Assembly (NCBI GenBank): GCA_050049805.1
Contig: JASFVN010000001.1
Coordinates: 11,059-75,058 of the forward strand
Length of the DNA: 64,000 nucleotides
Direction: 5' to 3'
Source: Gemmatimonadota bacterium
GTDB taxonomy: Bacteria; Gemmatimonadota; Gemmatimonadetes; Longimicrobiales; Gaopeijiaceae
The position numbers were made by a program, and so were the translations under genes. Positions 54,353 through 63,727 of the stretch are shown one piece after another. Below the pieces are notes generated by a model. The model worked only from the letters and a program-made list of their open reading frames with translations. It was not told the DNA's origin and did no database searches. Numbering within the stretch: the stretch's first letter is position 1; each line of letters opens with the position of its first letter.

Positions 54353-55615
54353 ATGAGCAGGGTCAGCTCGTGTTTCCAAACCACGGTTTTGGCTTCCCTC
54401 TGCACCCTGGCCTGGGCCTGCAGCGACGGTTCACCCACCGGACCGGTCCAGGAGATTCCGGGCCTTCCCCGGTCCCTCTCACTGAACGAGGAACTGGTCG
54501 TCTCAGCCGGGAATGATTTCGCTTTCCGGTTCCTCGACCAGGTATACCGGACTGCCCCCGACTCCAACCTGTTTCTGGCGCCTCTGAGTGCCTCCATGGC
54601 CCTGGGCATGACCATGAACGGAGCTGCCGAAAGCACCTATGACGAAATGCGGAACACCCTGGGTTTCGGAAGCATGACCCTGGAGCAGATCAACCAGGGC
54701 TACAGAGACCTCATTGACCTGCTCCTGACTCTGGATCCCTCGGTAGAGATGGGCATCGGGAACTCCATCTGGTACCGGGAGGGTTTTCCGGTCCGGACGG
54801 ACTTTCTGGATCGAACCAGGAGCTTCTTCGACGCCGAGATCAGCGCCCTGGATTTCTCCGACCCCGGGGCGGCGGACATCATCAATGCGTGGGTCAGGGG
54901 TGAGACCAATGGGAAGATCCAGGGAATCGTGGACCCGCCCATTCATCCGCTCACGGTGATGTTTCTCATCAACGCCATCTACTTCAAGGGCGATTGGACC
55001 CACCGTTTCCCCAAGGACAAGACGGTTCAGGCCACCTTCTCGGGCCTGAACGGCGTGAGTGGCCCGGTGCCCCTCATGGAGTTGAGAGACACTCTCCTCT
55101 ACGCCGAAACCGACAGCTATCAGGCCGTGGACCTCCCCTACGGTGGCAAGGCCTTCTCCATGACGGTCCTTCTCCCCAAAGCCGGCGCCTCCATCCAGGA
55201 GCTGGTGGCCAGCCTGAACCCGAGCGGATGGAACCAGATCGTCGGCGGACTGACCAGGAAGGAAGGCACCGTCTATCTGCCACGATTTCGAATGGAATGG
55301 GAGCGGGAGCTGAATGACGACCTGAAGGCCATGGGGATGGTGGTCCCCTTCGGCGGCGGGGCCAACTTCAGCGGCCTCTCGGACGAGGCGCTGCAGCGGG
55401 GTCTCTACATCAGCAAGGTGAAGCAGAAGACCTACGTCGACGTGAACGAGGAAGGCACGGAGGCAGCTGGCGTCACCTCTGTCGAGATCCGGGAATTCGT
55501 CAACCCCGACCACTTCGTGGTTCGGGCCGACCGGCCCTTCCTCTTCCTCATCCGGGAGCGGTTCTCCCAGACCATCCTCTTCGCCGGGGTGCTGGTGGAG
55601 CCACCCGGGGTGTAG
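54353..55615 (+). CDS. serpin-family protease inhibitor, secreted
   Basis: ATG behind GGAGG. Signal peptide with Cys after the hydrophobic core. Serpin landmarks NAIYFKGDW, hinge EEGTEAAGVTSV, and RPFLFLIRE. Confidence 0.85.
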   Translation: MSRVSSCFQTTVLASLCTLAWACSDGSPTGPVQEIPGLPRSLSLNEELVVSAGNDFAFRFLDQVYRTAPDSNLFLAPLSASMALGMTMNGAAESTYDEMRNTLGFGSMTLEQINQGYRDLIDLLLTLDPSVEMGIGNSIWYREGFPVRTDFLDRTRSFFDAEISALDFSDPGAADIINAWVRGETNGKIQGIVDPPIHPLTVMFLINAIYFKGDWTHRFPKDKTVQATFSGLNGVSGPVPLMELRDTLLYAETDSYQAVDLPYGGKAFSMTVLLPKAGASIQELVASLNPSGWNQIVGGLTRKEGTVYLPRFRMEWERELNDDLKAMGMVVPFGGGANFSGLSDEALQRGLYISKVKQKTYVDVNEEGTEAAGVTSVEIREFVNPDHFVVRADRPFLFLIRERFSQTILFAGVLVEPPGV

Positions 55616-55658
55616 GGAGGCACTCGTGACGCTTCAAGAGGCATGGAAAGGACCGATC

Positions 55659-57176
55659 ATGGCATTGATCCTATTTCTTTTGGCGGCATGCGCCCTGGCT
55701 CTTCCCTCGGAGGCTCAGGGTCAGCTGATCCCCATCAAGACGGTTCCCGTAGCCTCGGGAGACCAGTTCCTCCTCTTTCCAGCTCGAAACCTGGCCATGG
55801 GGGGCGTGGGCCTGGCCCTGCCAGACACCCTGGGAGACCCCTTTTCCAACCCGGCCACCGGTGGCCGAGTCGCCGAAACGATCTTCTTCGGGTCACCGAC
55901 TTTCTACGGCATCTCGAACCGAAACGGCTCCGGCCGGACCCTGCCCCTGGGGGCTCTCTTCACCTCCGGTCGCTGGTTTGGAGGAGGGTCTTTCACTCTC
56001 CAGGAGCTCAAAGGGGCCGACCGGGAGCGCACCTGGCCGCTCTTCGCCGTCCGGAATCCCTGGGACTCCTTTGCTTGGCCCATAGCCGAACCGGTCCAGA
56101 GCCTCTCGGAGCTCTCGGCCAGGAACCTCTATCTCTTCGGCATGCTAGGCTATCGCTTTCCCGACCAGGGGCTGTCGGTGGCCGTCGGTGGCTCCTACGC
56201 CGACCTGGAAGCCGTGGACGGCGTGGACCACCTCTACGCCCTGAGCCAGGAGATCAACCAGTCGGGGCATATATCCGACCTCAGGTTGGGGGTCCTCAAG
56301 GAATGGGATTCGGGGCAATCCATGGAGGCCGTCATCACCAGGAACAGGGTTCGGATGGAGCACGAGGTCACCTACCTCAATCTGGTATGGGAGCCCATTC
56401 CCCCGGACACCTTTCCCGCACCTCAATGGCGAACCCGGGTGGAGGAGAATCTGGACCACACGGACACCTGGGGAGGTCGTCTGGCCTTCCGCCGACCATT
56501 GGGGACAAACGGGTGGCAGGTGGGGTGGTCCCTCACGGCCAACGTCAAAGACCATCCCAAGATCCCCAACTACGAGATCCAGAATATCCCCAGGGACCCG
56601 GGTGAGACCCGGGCCTATGCCCTTGGCGCGGGAGTGGCAAAGACCCAGGGCCCGGCCAGGTTCGGTGTGGACGTGTTCCTGGAACCCATCCGAAGCGATA
56701 CCTGGGCCGATGCCGCCGCCGATACCACCGACGTCTACGGCCACACCATCTTGGCCGGCGAAAAGACGGTGGAGAATGAGTTCGTCTTCACCAACGCCCT
56801 CGTCCGGGCGGGCGCCTCCTGGGATTACAAGCTGCTCACCTTCAAGGGTGGTCTCCAGATTCACTCCATCTCCTACGAGTTGGAGCAGTTCGATCACATC
56901 CAGGTGCACAAGAGGACCCAGGACGAGGGTTGGATGGAGTGGACACCCAGCGTCGGAGTGAGCCTCCACCTCCAGGGAGTGACGGTACACTATGCCGGCC
57001 GAATCACCACCGGCACCGGACGACCCGGGACCCGCTGGACCGACGCCCGGATGTTGGACTCGGGCGTGGGCCAAGCTCTTTCCAACGACTTCCTCCTGGC
57101 GCCACGCGGCCCACTGACCCTCCAGGACGCCAGGGTCACCACCCATCAGCTTTCCGTGGTGATCCCGGTGCGGTAA
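55659..57176 (+). CDS. putative outer-membrane beta-barrel protein of unknown function
   Basis: ATG 55659 after AAGGA. Signal MALILFLLAACALALPSEAQ. Alternating-hydrophobicity strands throughout. No recognisable family. 43 nt after the serpin stop. Confidence 0.55.
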   Translation: MALILFLLAACALALPSEAQGQLIPIKTVPVASGDQFLLFPARNLAMGGVGLALPDTLGDPFSNPATGGRVAETIFFGSPTFYGISNRNGSGRTLPLGALFTSGRWFGGGSFTLQELKGADRERTWPLFAVRNPWDSFAWPIAEPVQSLSELSARNLYLFGMLGYRFPDQGLSVAVGGSYADLEAVDGVDHLYALSQEINQSGHISDLRLGVLKEWDSGQSMEAVITRNRVRMEHEVTYLNLVWEPIPPDTFPAPQWRTRVEENLDHTDTWGGRLAFRRPLGTNGWQVGWSLTANVKDHPKIPNYEIQNIPRDPGETRAYALGAGVAKTQGPARFGVDVFLEPIRSDTWADAAADTTDVYGHTILAGEKTVENEFVFTNALVRAGASWDYKLLTFKGGLQIHSISYELEQFDHIQVHKRTQDEGWMEWTPSVGVSLHLQGVTVHYAGRITTGTGRPGTRWTDARMLDSGVGQALSNDFLLAPRGPLTLQDARVTTHQLSVVIPVR

Positions 57177-57359
57177 GGGGCCGACACCTCCGAACGGGAT
57201 CGGCATGGGGGGCCTTTTCCGCAACCCCTTTCCCGAGAATGAGCCTGCCGGGGGCGGGCCCAGGAACCGGCTCGCCCCTCGTCCGTCGCCACGCTAGCTT
57301 GGGCTTCGAGCGCAGCCCCGAGCGGCTACGTGTTTCGACCTCATGCGATGGAGGCCCTC

Positions 57360-59489
57360 ATGCCCACGACCCTGTTCCCCCGGTCCGGGGTGGCCCTGGC
57401 TCTGCTCCTGCTGATCCGACCCCCTCACGCCAACTCCCAGGATTTCACCTTCGAGGACATGCTGAGCCCACCCTACCCCTCCGAGATGGTGTCGGCCAGG
57501 GAGGTGGACAGGATCGCCTGGATTTCGGTGGAGCGGGGTCGGCGGAACGTCTACACCGCTGCGGCTCCCGACTTTACCCCCAGGAAGCTCACCGACTGGA
57601 ACGAAGACAACGGCCACGACCTCACCTCCATCCGCATCTCCGACGACGGGGAGGTCCTGGTGTTTGTTCGGGGACATACCCCCAACGACGAAGGGTGGGT
57701 GGCGAATCCGAACAGCGATCCCCAGGGAGCCGAGCGGGCCATCTGGGCGGTGGCCACGTCCGGGGGGAAGGCATGGCGGGTGGTGGAAGGGAGCAATCCG
57801 GCCCTTTCCCCCGATGGGCGCTGGGTCCTTTTTTCCAGGGACGGCCAGATCTACCGAGCCCCGGTTAACGTCGGCACCGCTCTCACCGAACGCAACGATG
57901 AACTGCCGCCCCTTTTCAGGTCCTGGGGGCGAAACGGCGACCCAGCCTGGTCCCCCGAAGGCCGCTACATCGCCTTCGTGAGCCAACGGGGGGACCATTC
58001 CTTTATCGGCGTCTATGACACGGAACAACCCGCCGTCCGCTATATGGCTCCGGGTGTGGACCGGGATACCAGCCCTGTCTGGTCTCCCGATGGAAGCCGC
58101 CTGGCCTTCGTTCGCCGTCCCGGGCTTCCCTTCGGGGCCGAGAGAGACCGGCCCGACGACGTGCCCCGGGACTCCATCCCTCCAGGATTGGAGGAGGCCA
58201 ACTTCGCGGGTGGCCACGACCTCTCCATTTGGGTGGCCGACCTGGCCACGGGCAACGGCCAGGAGATCTGGCACAACCAACCCGGCGATACGGCCTTCAC
58301 TTCAGCCAGCGATCTCATGTGGGCCGATGACCACCTGGTCTTCCAGGCAGAACCGGGAAACTGGCGCCACTACTGGTCCGTCCCCGTAACGGGGCAGGAA
58401 GGCGATCCCGAAGAGCTGACCCCCGGGGACGGGATGGTGGAGTATGTAAGTCTCTCCAAGGACGGCCGCACCCTCTACTACGCAGCCAACATGGGGGACA
58501 TCCACCGCCGGGATCTCTTCGCAGCATCCACCGACGGCCGCCGGAATCGTCAGATCACGGAAGGCGAGATGATCGAGACCAAGCCGGCCGCCCTGGCTTC
58601 CGACGACCAGGTGGCCGTTCTCATGTCGGGGCCGGCCCTACCCCTCTCCGTGGGGCTGGTCTCCTCCACGGGTGGAGATGCAAGGCCCATCACCTCCCTC
58701 CCGGACCGTTTCCCCATGGACCGGCATGTGACACCCACCAACGTGACCCTCACGGCGGAGGACGGGTTCGAGTTCTACAACCAGCTCTTCCTCCCGCCTG
58801 ATCTGAGGCCCGGAGAGAGGCGGCCGGCCCTCATCTTTATTCACGGCGGATCCCGGAGGCAGATGTTCCTGGGGTACCACGATCGGATCTTCTACCACTG
58901 GGCCTACGGCATCAACCAGTATTTCGCCAATCAGGGTTACGTGGTGTTGAGCGTGAACTACCGGAGCGGAATAGGCTACGGGAAGGAATTCAGGAATGCC
59001 CCCGGGAGGATGTCCCGGGGGAATACGGAATACCGGGATATCCTGGCGGCCGGCCGCTACCTCCAGAGTCGGGAAGACGTGGATCCGGACAGAGTGGGGC
59101 TATGGGGCCTCTCCTACGGCGGCCTTCTCACCTCTCAGGGACTGGCCCGGAACTCCGACGTCTTCGCGGCAGGGGTGGACATCGCCGGCGTGCACATCTA
59201 CGGAAACACCCTGGATCCGGAGGACACGGCCTTTGCCTCATCCTCGGTATCAGAGGTGGACAAATGGACCTCTCCGGTACTTCTGGTCCAAGGCGACGAC
59301 GACAGGAATGTGGACTTCTCCCACACGGTGGGGTTGGTGCAAGCCCTCAGGGCCAACGACGTTTACTTCGAGCTCATGGTCTTTCCTGATGAAGTCCACG
59401 ACTTCCTGGTCTTCGACAAATGGCTCCAGACCTGGGACGCCACCGAAGACTTCTTCCGAAGGTTCCTTTGGGAGAGAGGGAGCAGGTGA
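57360..59489 (+). CDS. secreted S9-family serine peptidase
   Basis: ATG 57360 behind GGAGG. Signal MPTTLFPRSGVALALLLLI. Propeller SPDG repeats. Nucleophile GLSYGGLLT, with later D and H (DDRNVD, DEVHDF). Confidence 0.85.
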   Translation: MPTTLFPRSGVALALLLLIRPPHANSQDFTFEDMLSPPYPSEMVSAREVDRIAWISVERGRRNVYTAAAPDFTPRKLTDWNEDNGHDLTSIRISDDGEVLVFVRGHTPNDEGWVANPNSDPQGAERAIWAVATSGGKAWRVVEGSNPALSPDGRWVLFSRDGQIYRAPVNVGTALTERNDELPPLFRSWGRNGDPAWSPEGRYIAFVSQRGDHSFIGVYDTEQPAVRYMAPGVDRDTSPVWSPDGSRLAFVRRPGLPFGAERDRPDDVPRDSIPPGLEEANFAGGHDLSIWVADLATGNGQEIWHNQPGDTAFTSASDLMWADDHLVFQAEPGNWRHYWSVPVTGQEGDPEELTPGDGMVEYVSLSKDGRTLYYAANMGDIHRRDLFAASTDGRRNRQITEGEMIETKPAALASDDQVAVLMSGPALPLSVGLVSSTGGDARPITSLPDRFPMDRHVTPTNVTLTAEDGFEFYNQLFLPPDLRPGERRPALIFIHGGSRRQMFLGYHDRIFYHWAYGINQYFANQGYVVLSVNYRSGIGYGKEFRNAPGRMSRGNTEYRDILAAGRYLQSREDVDPDRVGLWGLSYGGLLTSQGLARNSDVFAAGVDIAGVHIYGNTLDPEDTAFASSSVSEVDKWTSPVLLVQGDDDRNVDFSHTVGLVQALRANDVYFELMVFPDEVHDFLVFDKWLQTWDATEDFFRRFLWERGSR

Positions 59490-60451
59490 CGCCCGACCAG
59501 AACTGGTCTCCGGCCCAGTTCCGGAGCCGGCGAACCTCCTCGATCCGGGCTCGGCCCTCCGGGGCTTGCCCTGCCCTCTCCCTGGCCCTCTCGACGATTC
59601 TCGCCGGGGGGATCGGGGGATGCGGGGGTTCTCCTGACGCCGATCAGGCGAAAACCGAACCGGCTGTCGACTCACAGATCCCCCAGCCTGAGGTGACCGT
59701 CCACTACCTGGGCCACGCTTCCTTCCTTATGAGCTTCGACGACACCCTCCAGGTCCTGACGGACTACGGGGAATCCAACGCCTACGGGTTGAACAGCCCC
59801 ATCTTCCCGTTGGGTGACTCGAAGCCCCAGGTGGTGACCCTTTCCCACGACCACCCGGACCACGCCGGGGGCCTCCTACCTCCCGCCTACGATACCCTTC
59901 TTCGGGGCGAGGGGGCATACCGGAGGGGAGATTTGACGATCACACCGATCCCCACCTTCGAAGGGGGTCTGGAGAGCCCGGACAACATCTCCTTCCTCTT
60001 CGAATACAGGGGTTTGACGATCCTGCACCTCGGGGACTGCCAGGGCTTGATGGTGGCCCTGGGCGAGTACACAAGGGGACCCGAGGCCATGGGCCAGGAT
60101 TCGCTCGCCACTGCCCCGCCCGCGCTCGGGGCGAAAGACCGAATCGGCCTCCTTTATCCGGACCGGTACGACCTGGTCCTCCTTCCCATCGGATTCGTCC
60201 GGGACATCCTCGGGGAGGCAGCGGAGTTCGCAACCCTTCTGGACGCCGGGGCGGTGGTTCCCATGCACTACTGGGCCCCGGCGGACCGGGACGCCTTCCT
60301 CGACCTTTTGAAGGGCCGGACCGATAGCAGGGGAAGAAGCTTCCACATACGCAAAGAGCCCGGCGCCACCATTTCCGTGACACCGGGCCTTCGCACCGAC
60401 AACTACGTGGAGGTCGTGGGCCTCAGCCCCGGCCAACCGAGAACCTCTTGA
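59486..60451 (+). CDS. MBL-fold metallo-hydrolase, probable lipoprotein
   Basis: HxHxDH motif LSHDHPDHAGG. Lipobox-like AGGIGGC. GTGA overlap with the S9 stop. An upstream in-frame ATG at 59420 is an alternative start. Confidence 0.7.
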   Translation: MTPDQNWSPAQFRSRRTSSIRARPSGACPALSLALSTILAGGIGGCGGSPDADQAKTEPAVDSQIPQPEVTVHYLGHASFLMSFDDTLQVLTDYGESNAYGLNSPIFPLGDSKPQVVTLSHDHPDHAGGLLPPAYDTLLRGEGAYRRGDLTITPIPTFEGGLESPDNISFLFEYRGLTILHLGDCQGLMVALGEYTRGPEAMGQDSLATAPPALGAKDRIGLLYPDRYDLVLLPIGFVRDILGEAAEFATLLDAGAVVPMHYWAPADRDAFLDLLKGRTDSRGRSFHIRKEPGATISVTPGLRTDNYVEVVGLSPGQPRTS

Positions 60452-60507
60452 TGGATCCTCGGCCTTTCCCAGGCCACCTCGCTGAACCTCAGCCGAACTC
60501 GTCAGTT

Positions 60508-62118
60508 TCAGCCCAGCTCGGGCCCAGCGGCTTTCACCTCGTCGGACGCATCGCCCTCGAACTGCTTGAAGTTCTCCACGAACATCCCGGCCAGCTTCCT
60601 GGCCTGGTCGTCGTAGGCTTCCTTGTCCTCCCAGGTGTTCCGAGGTTGGAGGACCTCCGCCGGCACCCCGGGACAGCTCTCGGGCACGTGCACACCGAAG
60701 ACCGGGTCCTCCACCGTGGGCGTGTTGGCCAGCGTCCCATCCAGGATCCCGTTGATCATGGCCCGGGTGTACTTGAGCTCCATCCGGTGGCCCACGCCGA
60801 AGGGGCCGCCGCTCCAACCGGTGTTCACCAACCACACGTCGGATCCGTGCTCGTCCACTTTCGCTCCCAGCAGATCGGCGTAGACCGTGGGATTCAACGG
60901 GAGGAAGGGGGCCCCGAAACAGGCGCTGAAGTTCGGCTGGGGCTCGGTGACGCCCCGCTCGGTTCCAGCCACCTTCGCCGTGTATCCCGACATGAAGTGG
61001 TACATGGCCTGGGCCCGGGTCAGCTTCGACACCGGAGGAAGCACCCCGAAAGCGTCAGCGGTGAGGAAGATGACGTTCTTGGGATGTCCGCCCTTCCCCT
61101 CCCGGGTGGCGTTGGGAATATGGGGGATGGGATAGGAAGCCCGGGTATTCTCCGTAAACTCCGACGAGTCCAGATCGAGGCGCCTGGTGCTTGAGTCCAC
61201 GGCTACGTTCTCAAGGATGGTCCCGAAGCGCCGGGTGGTCTGGTAGATCTCTGGCTCTCCCTCGGGGCTCAATCGGATCACCTTGGCATAGCATCCACCC
61301 TCGAAGTTGAATGTGCCGTTGTCGCTCCAACCGTGCTCGTCGTCTCCGATGAGGGTCCGGGAAGCATCGGCGGAGAGGGTCGTCTTTCCGGTTCCGGAAA
61401 GACCGAAGAAGAGGGCCGTCTCGTCCTTGGACTCGCCGTAGTTGGCGGAGCAGTGCATGGGTAGGACGCCCTTCTGGGGCAGGAGGAAGTTCATGATGGA
61501 GAACATGGACTTCTTGATCTCCCCGGCGTAGGCGGACCCCCCGATGATCACCTCTCTCCGGCCCAGGTGGACCAGGATGAAGGCTTCGGAGTTGGTACCG
61601 TCCTCCTCCGGGACCGCTTGGAAACCCGGAGCGTGGAGGATGGTGTACTCCGGAACGTGTTTGCGGAGTTTCTCCAGGTCGTGCTCTTGGATGAACATGT
61701 TCCGGACGAAGAGGTTGTGCCACGCCGTCTCGTTCACCACCCGAACCGGGACCCGATGGTCTTCGTCGGCACCGGCATAGCAGTCCTGGACGAACAGGTC
61801 TCGCCCCTGGAGGTAGGCCGTGAGCCGGGCCCTCAGGACCTCATAGGCCTCCGGCTCGAAGGGGTGGTTCACCTTCCCCCACCAGATCTGGTTCTCGGTG
61901 GTGGGCTCCTTGACGATATAACGGTCCTTGGGAGATCGGCCCGTATACTGCCCCGTGCGGCAAACCAGGGGCCCCAGGTGGGCCACGATACCCTCGTGCC
62001 GCTGGACGGCCTGCTCGTAGAGGGCGGGAGTTGAAAGATTCCACCAGATCGTGTTGGCATTTCGGATGCCGTGGGCACTCAGCCCGAACTCGCTCTTCGC
62101 CCTACCCTGCTCCTGCAT
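60508..62118 (-). CDS. pckA: phosphoenolpyruvate carboxykinase (ATP)
   Basis: Kinase-1a FFGLSGTGKTTLS, IGDDEHGW and GGCYAK. ATG 62118 gives about 536 aa. The upstream track extension is not credible. Confidence 0.9.
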   Translation of the reverse strand: MQEQGRAKSEFGLSAHGIRNANTIWWNLSTPALYEQAVQRHEGIVAHLGPLVCRTGQYTGRSPKDRYIVKEPTTENQIWWGKVNHPFEPEAYEVLRARLTAYLQGRDLFVQDCYAGADEDHRVPVRVVNETAWHNLFVRNMFIQEHDLEKLRKHVPEYTILHAPGFQAVPEEDGTNSEAFILVHLGRREVIIGGSAYAGEIKKSMFSIMNFLLPQKGVLPMHCSANYGESKDETALFFGLSGTGKTTLSADASRTLIGDDEHGWSDNGTFNFEGGCYAKVIRLSPEGEPEIYQTTRRFGTILENVAVDSSTRRLDLDSSEFTENTRASYPIPHIPNATREGKGGHPKNVIFLTADAFGVLPPVSKLTRAQAMYHFMSGYTAKVAGTERGVTEPQPNFSACFGAPFLPLNPTVYADLLGAKVDEHGSDVWLVNTGWSGGPFGVGHRMELKYTRAMINGILDGTLANTPTVEDPVFGVHVPESCPGVPAEVLQPRNTWEDKEAYDDQARKLAGMFVENFKQFEGDASDEVKAAGPELG

Positions 62119-62389
62119 AGAGAAATCCCTCCTCGCAAGTGTGCCGTGAAAATGTTTTGGGAAAGCCAGGCAGGAAGATAACCGGAAAGAACCGTAAATC
62201 CAGGCATCCGAGGAAACCCCCGACGGCGTCACGGGGTGAGGGGTCCCTTCCGTCTCGGTGCTCGTCCCGAATTCGGAGCTCCCTTCCCTAGGCCTTCTCT
62301 GAAGGGGCTGGACGAGAGACCCGGCAACCGTGAGAATCATGTCCGCCATCAGAGAGAAGAAACTCCATCACTCCACCCTGGAGCGTGGC

Positions 62390-63613
62390 ATGAACGGCAT
62401 TAAGACCCTGAGAAGCATGGTCCGATTCCTTTTGATGTTCTCCCTCCCTCTGGCCGTCACCTCATGCGGTGGCGAAGGGAGAAGTGCCGGAGGCACCGCC
62501 GGTGCCGGGATTGTGGCGTCTCTGGAGCTCGAAGCGGCCTATCCCGAGGCCTTCAGCTACCTGAGCGGGGTTCGGGAGTTACCCGACGGAAGGCTCCTGG
62601 CGGCCGATCCTCTGAGCCAGGTCCTCCTTCGCGTCGATCTGGACGCCGGCGCCGCCGACACCTTGGGTCGAGTTGGAGGGGGCCCGGAGGAATACCGGCA
62701 GCCGGACCACGTCTTCCCCCTGCCCGGTGACTCCAGCCTTCTGGTGGACCTGGGCAAGACCTACCTGACCGTCGTTGCCCCCGACGGCACCTTCCAGGGG
62801 GGCATGTCCATGGCCCTGACCACTGAAGACGGTCCCCCGGCCATCATCATGCCCGAAGCGGTGGATGGCACCGGTCGACTCTATAGCCAGGGCATGATGA
62901 GCTTTGGCGAGGGCCCCTCGGACTCCCTCCAGGTGAGCCGGTACGACCGGGCAACAGGGGAGTCGGAGACTGTCGCAAGCCTTTGGCGAACGGAACCCAT
63001 CGTCAGCCGGTCGGGGAACAACGTGAGCATGACCCGACCCCGCATGGTGGCCAATGACGACTACGCGGTGGGTGCCGACGGGCGGGTAGCAGTCGTCCGC
63101 GCCAACGGATATTTCGTCGAGTGGCACATGCCCAGTGGGGATGTCGTCACCGGGCCCGAGACTCCGTACGAGGTGATCCCCATCTCCCACGCCGACAAGG
63201 AGGCCGACCTGGCAGAGTCGACGGGAGCAGGCCTCGGCATCTCCATCATGCGGGACGCCTCCGGCGGCACACAGATGCAGATGCAGCGAGGCGGGTTCGG
63301 TGGGGGTGGCGGGGAAGGTCCGTCGGTAGAGGAAGAGACCTGGGGCGAGAATTTCCCGCCGTTTCGGAATCAGCGTACGGTGGTCTCCCCAGCCAATGAC
63401 GTCTGGGTTCTTCGTTGGCTGCCGGCAGATCGGGAACCCATGATGGACGTATTCGGGCCCGACGGGGGGTTGAAAGGGTCCGTCATCATACCCCGAGGCC
63501 GACGTCTCATCGGCTTCGGAGAGGGACCCGAGGGTGCCGACGTGGCCTACTTCGTCCGCACCGACGAAGTGGACCTCCAGTGGCTGGAGCGGTATCGGGT
63601 CATCTGGGGCTAG
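62390..63613 (+). CDS. lipoprotein, beta-propeller-like, unknown function
   Basis: Signal plus lipobox LPLAVTSC. Repeated strand motifs. A Gly-rich insert, QRGGFGGGGGEG. Confidence 0.6.
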   Translation: MNGIKTLRSMVRFLLMFSLPLAVTSCGGEGRSAGGTAGAGIVASLELEAAYPEAFSYLSGVRELPDGRLLAADPLSQVLLRVDLDAGAADTLGRVGGGPEEYRQPDHVFPLPGDSSLLVDLGKTYLTVVAPDGTFQGGMSMALTTEDGPPAIIMPEAVDGTGRLYSQGMMSFGEGPSDSLQVSRYDRATGESETVASLWRTEPIVSRSGNNVSMTRPRMVANDDYAVGADGRVAVVRANGYFVEWHMPSGDVVTGPETPYEVIPISHADKEADLAESTGAGLGISIMRDASGGTQMQMQRGGFGGGGGEGPSVEEETWGENFPPFRNQRTVVSPANDVWVLRWLPADREPMMDVFGPDGGLKGSVIIPRGRRLIGFGEGPEGADVAYFVRTDEVDLQWLERYRVIWG

Positions 63614-63683
63614 CCGCCCACTTCCTCAACCCGTCCCCCCAACGCCCGGGGTCCGCCCCCGGCGTGGGGATTGGACCTTATAG

Positions 63684-63723
63684 GGGCCCGAGTCCATCGG
63701 GCCCCGAGTCCATCGGGCCCCGC
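63684..63723. repeat. short tandem repeat GGGCCC(C)GAGTCCATC, about 2.5 copies
   Basis: Read directly: gggcccgagtccatc gggccccgagtccatc gggccccgc, in the convergent intergenic region. The palindromic GGGCCC cores can pair into hairpins. Confidence 0.5.
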
Positions 63724-63727
63724 TCCT

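Noticed and set aside
54503-58280. Three long minus-strand ORFs: 54503-55513, 56145-57224 and 57294-58280
   Set aside because: They are antisense to the serpin, the outer-membrane protein and the S9 peptidase, whose plus-strand frames carry clear family motifs, signal peptides and ribosome-binding sites.
125-59489. Pervasive ATGA/GTGA start-stop overlaps as a special signal
   Set aside because: There are overlaps at 125/128, 5757/5760, 33057/33060, 36047/36050, 37042/37045, 38409/38412, 46144/46147, 51808/51811 and 59486/59489. This is ordinary translational coupling in compact GC-rich genomes. It is useful for defining operons but is not itself unusual.
59876-60835. 319-aa minus-strand ORF spanning the MBL gene and the pckA 3' end
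   Set aside because: It is out of frame with pckA and antisense to the MBL gene, with Arg/Gly/Pro-rich composition.
63684-63723. Possible CRISPR array
   Set aside because: There are only about 2.5 directly abutting copies of a 15-16 nt unit, with no spacers and no cas genes in the window. It is a simple tandem repeat.
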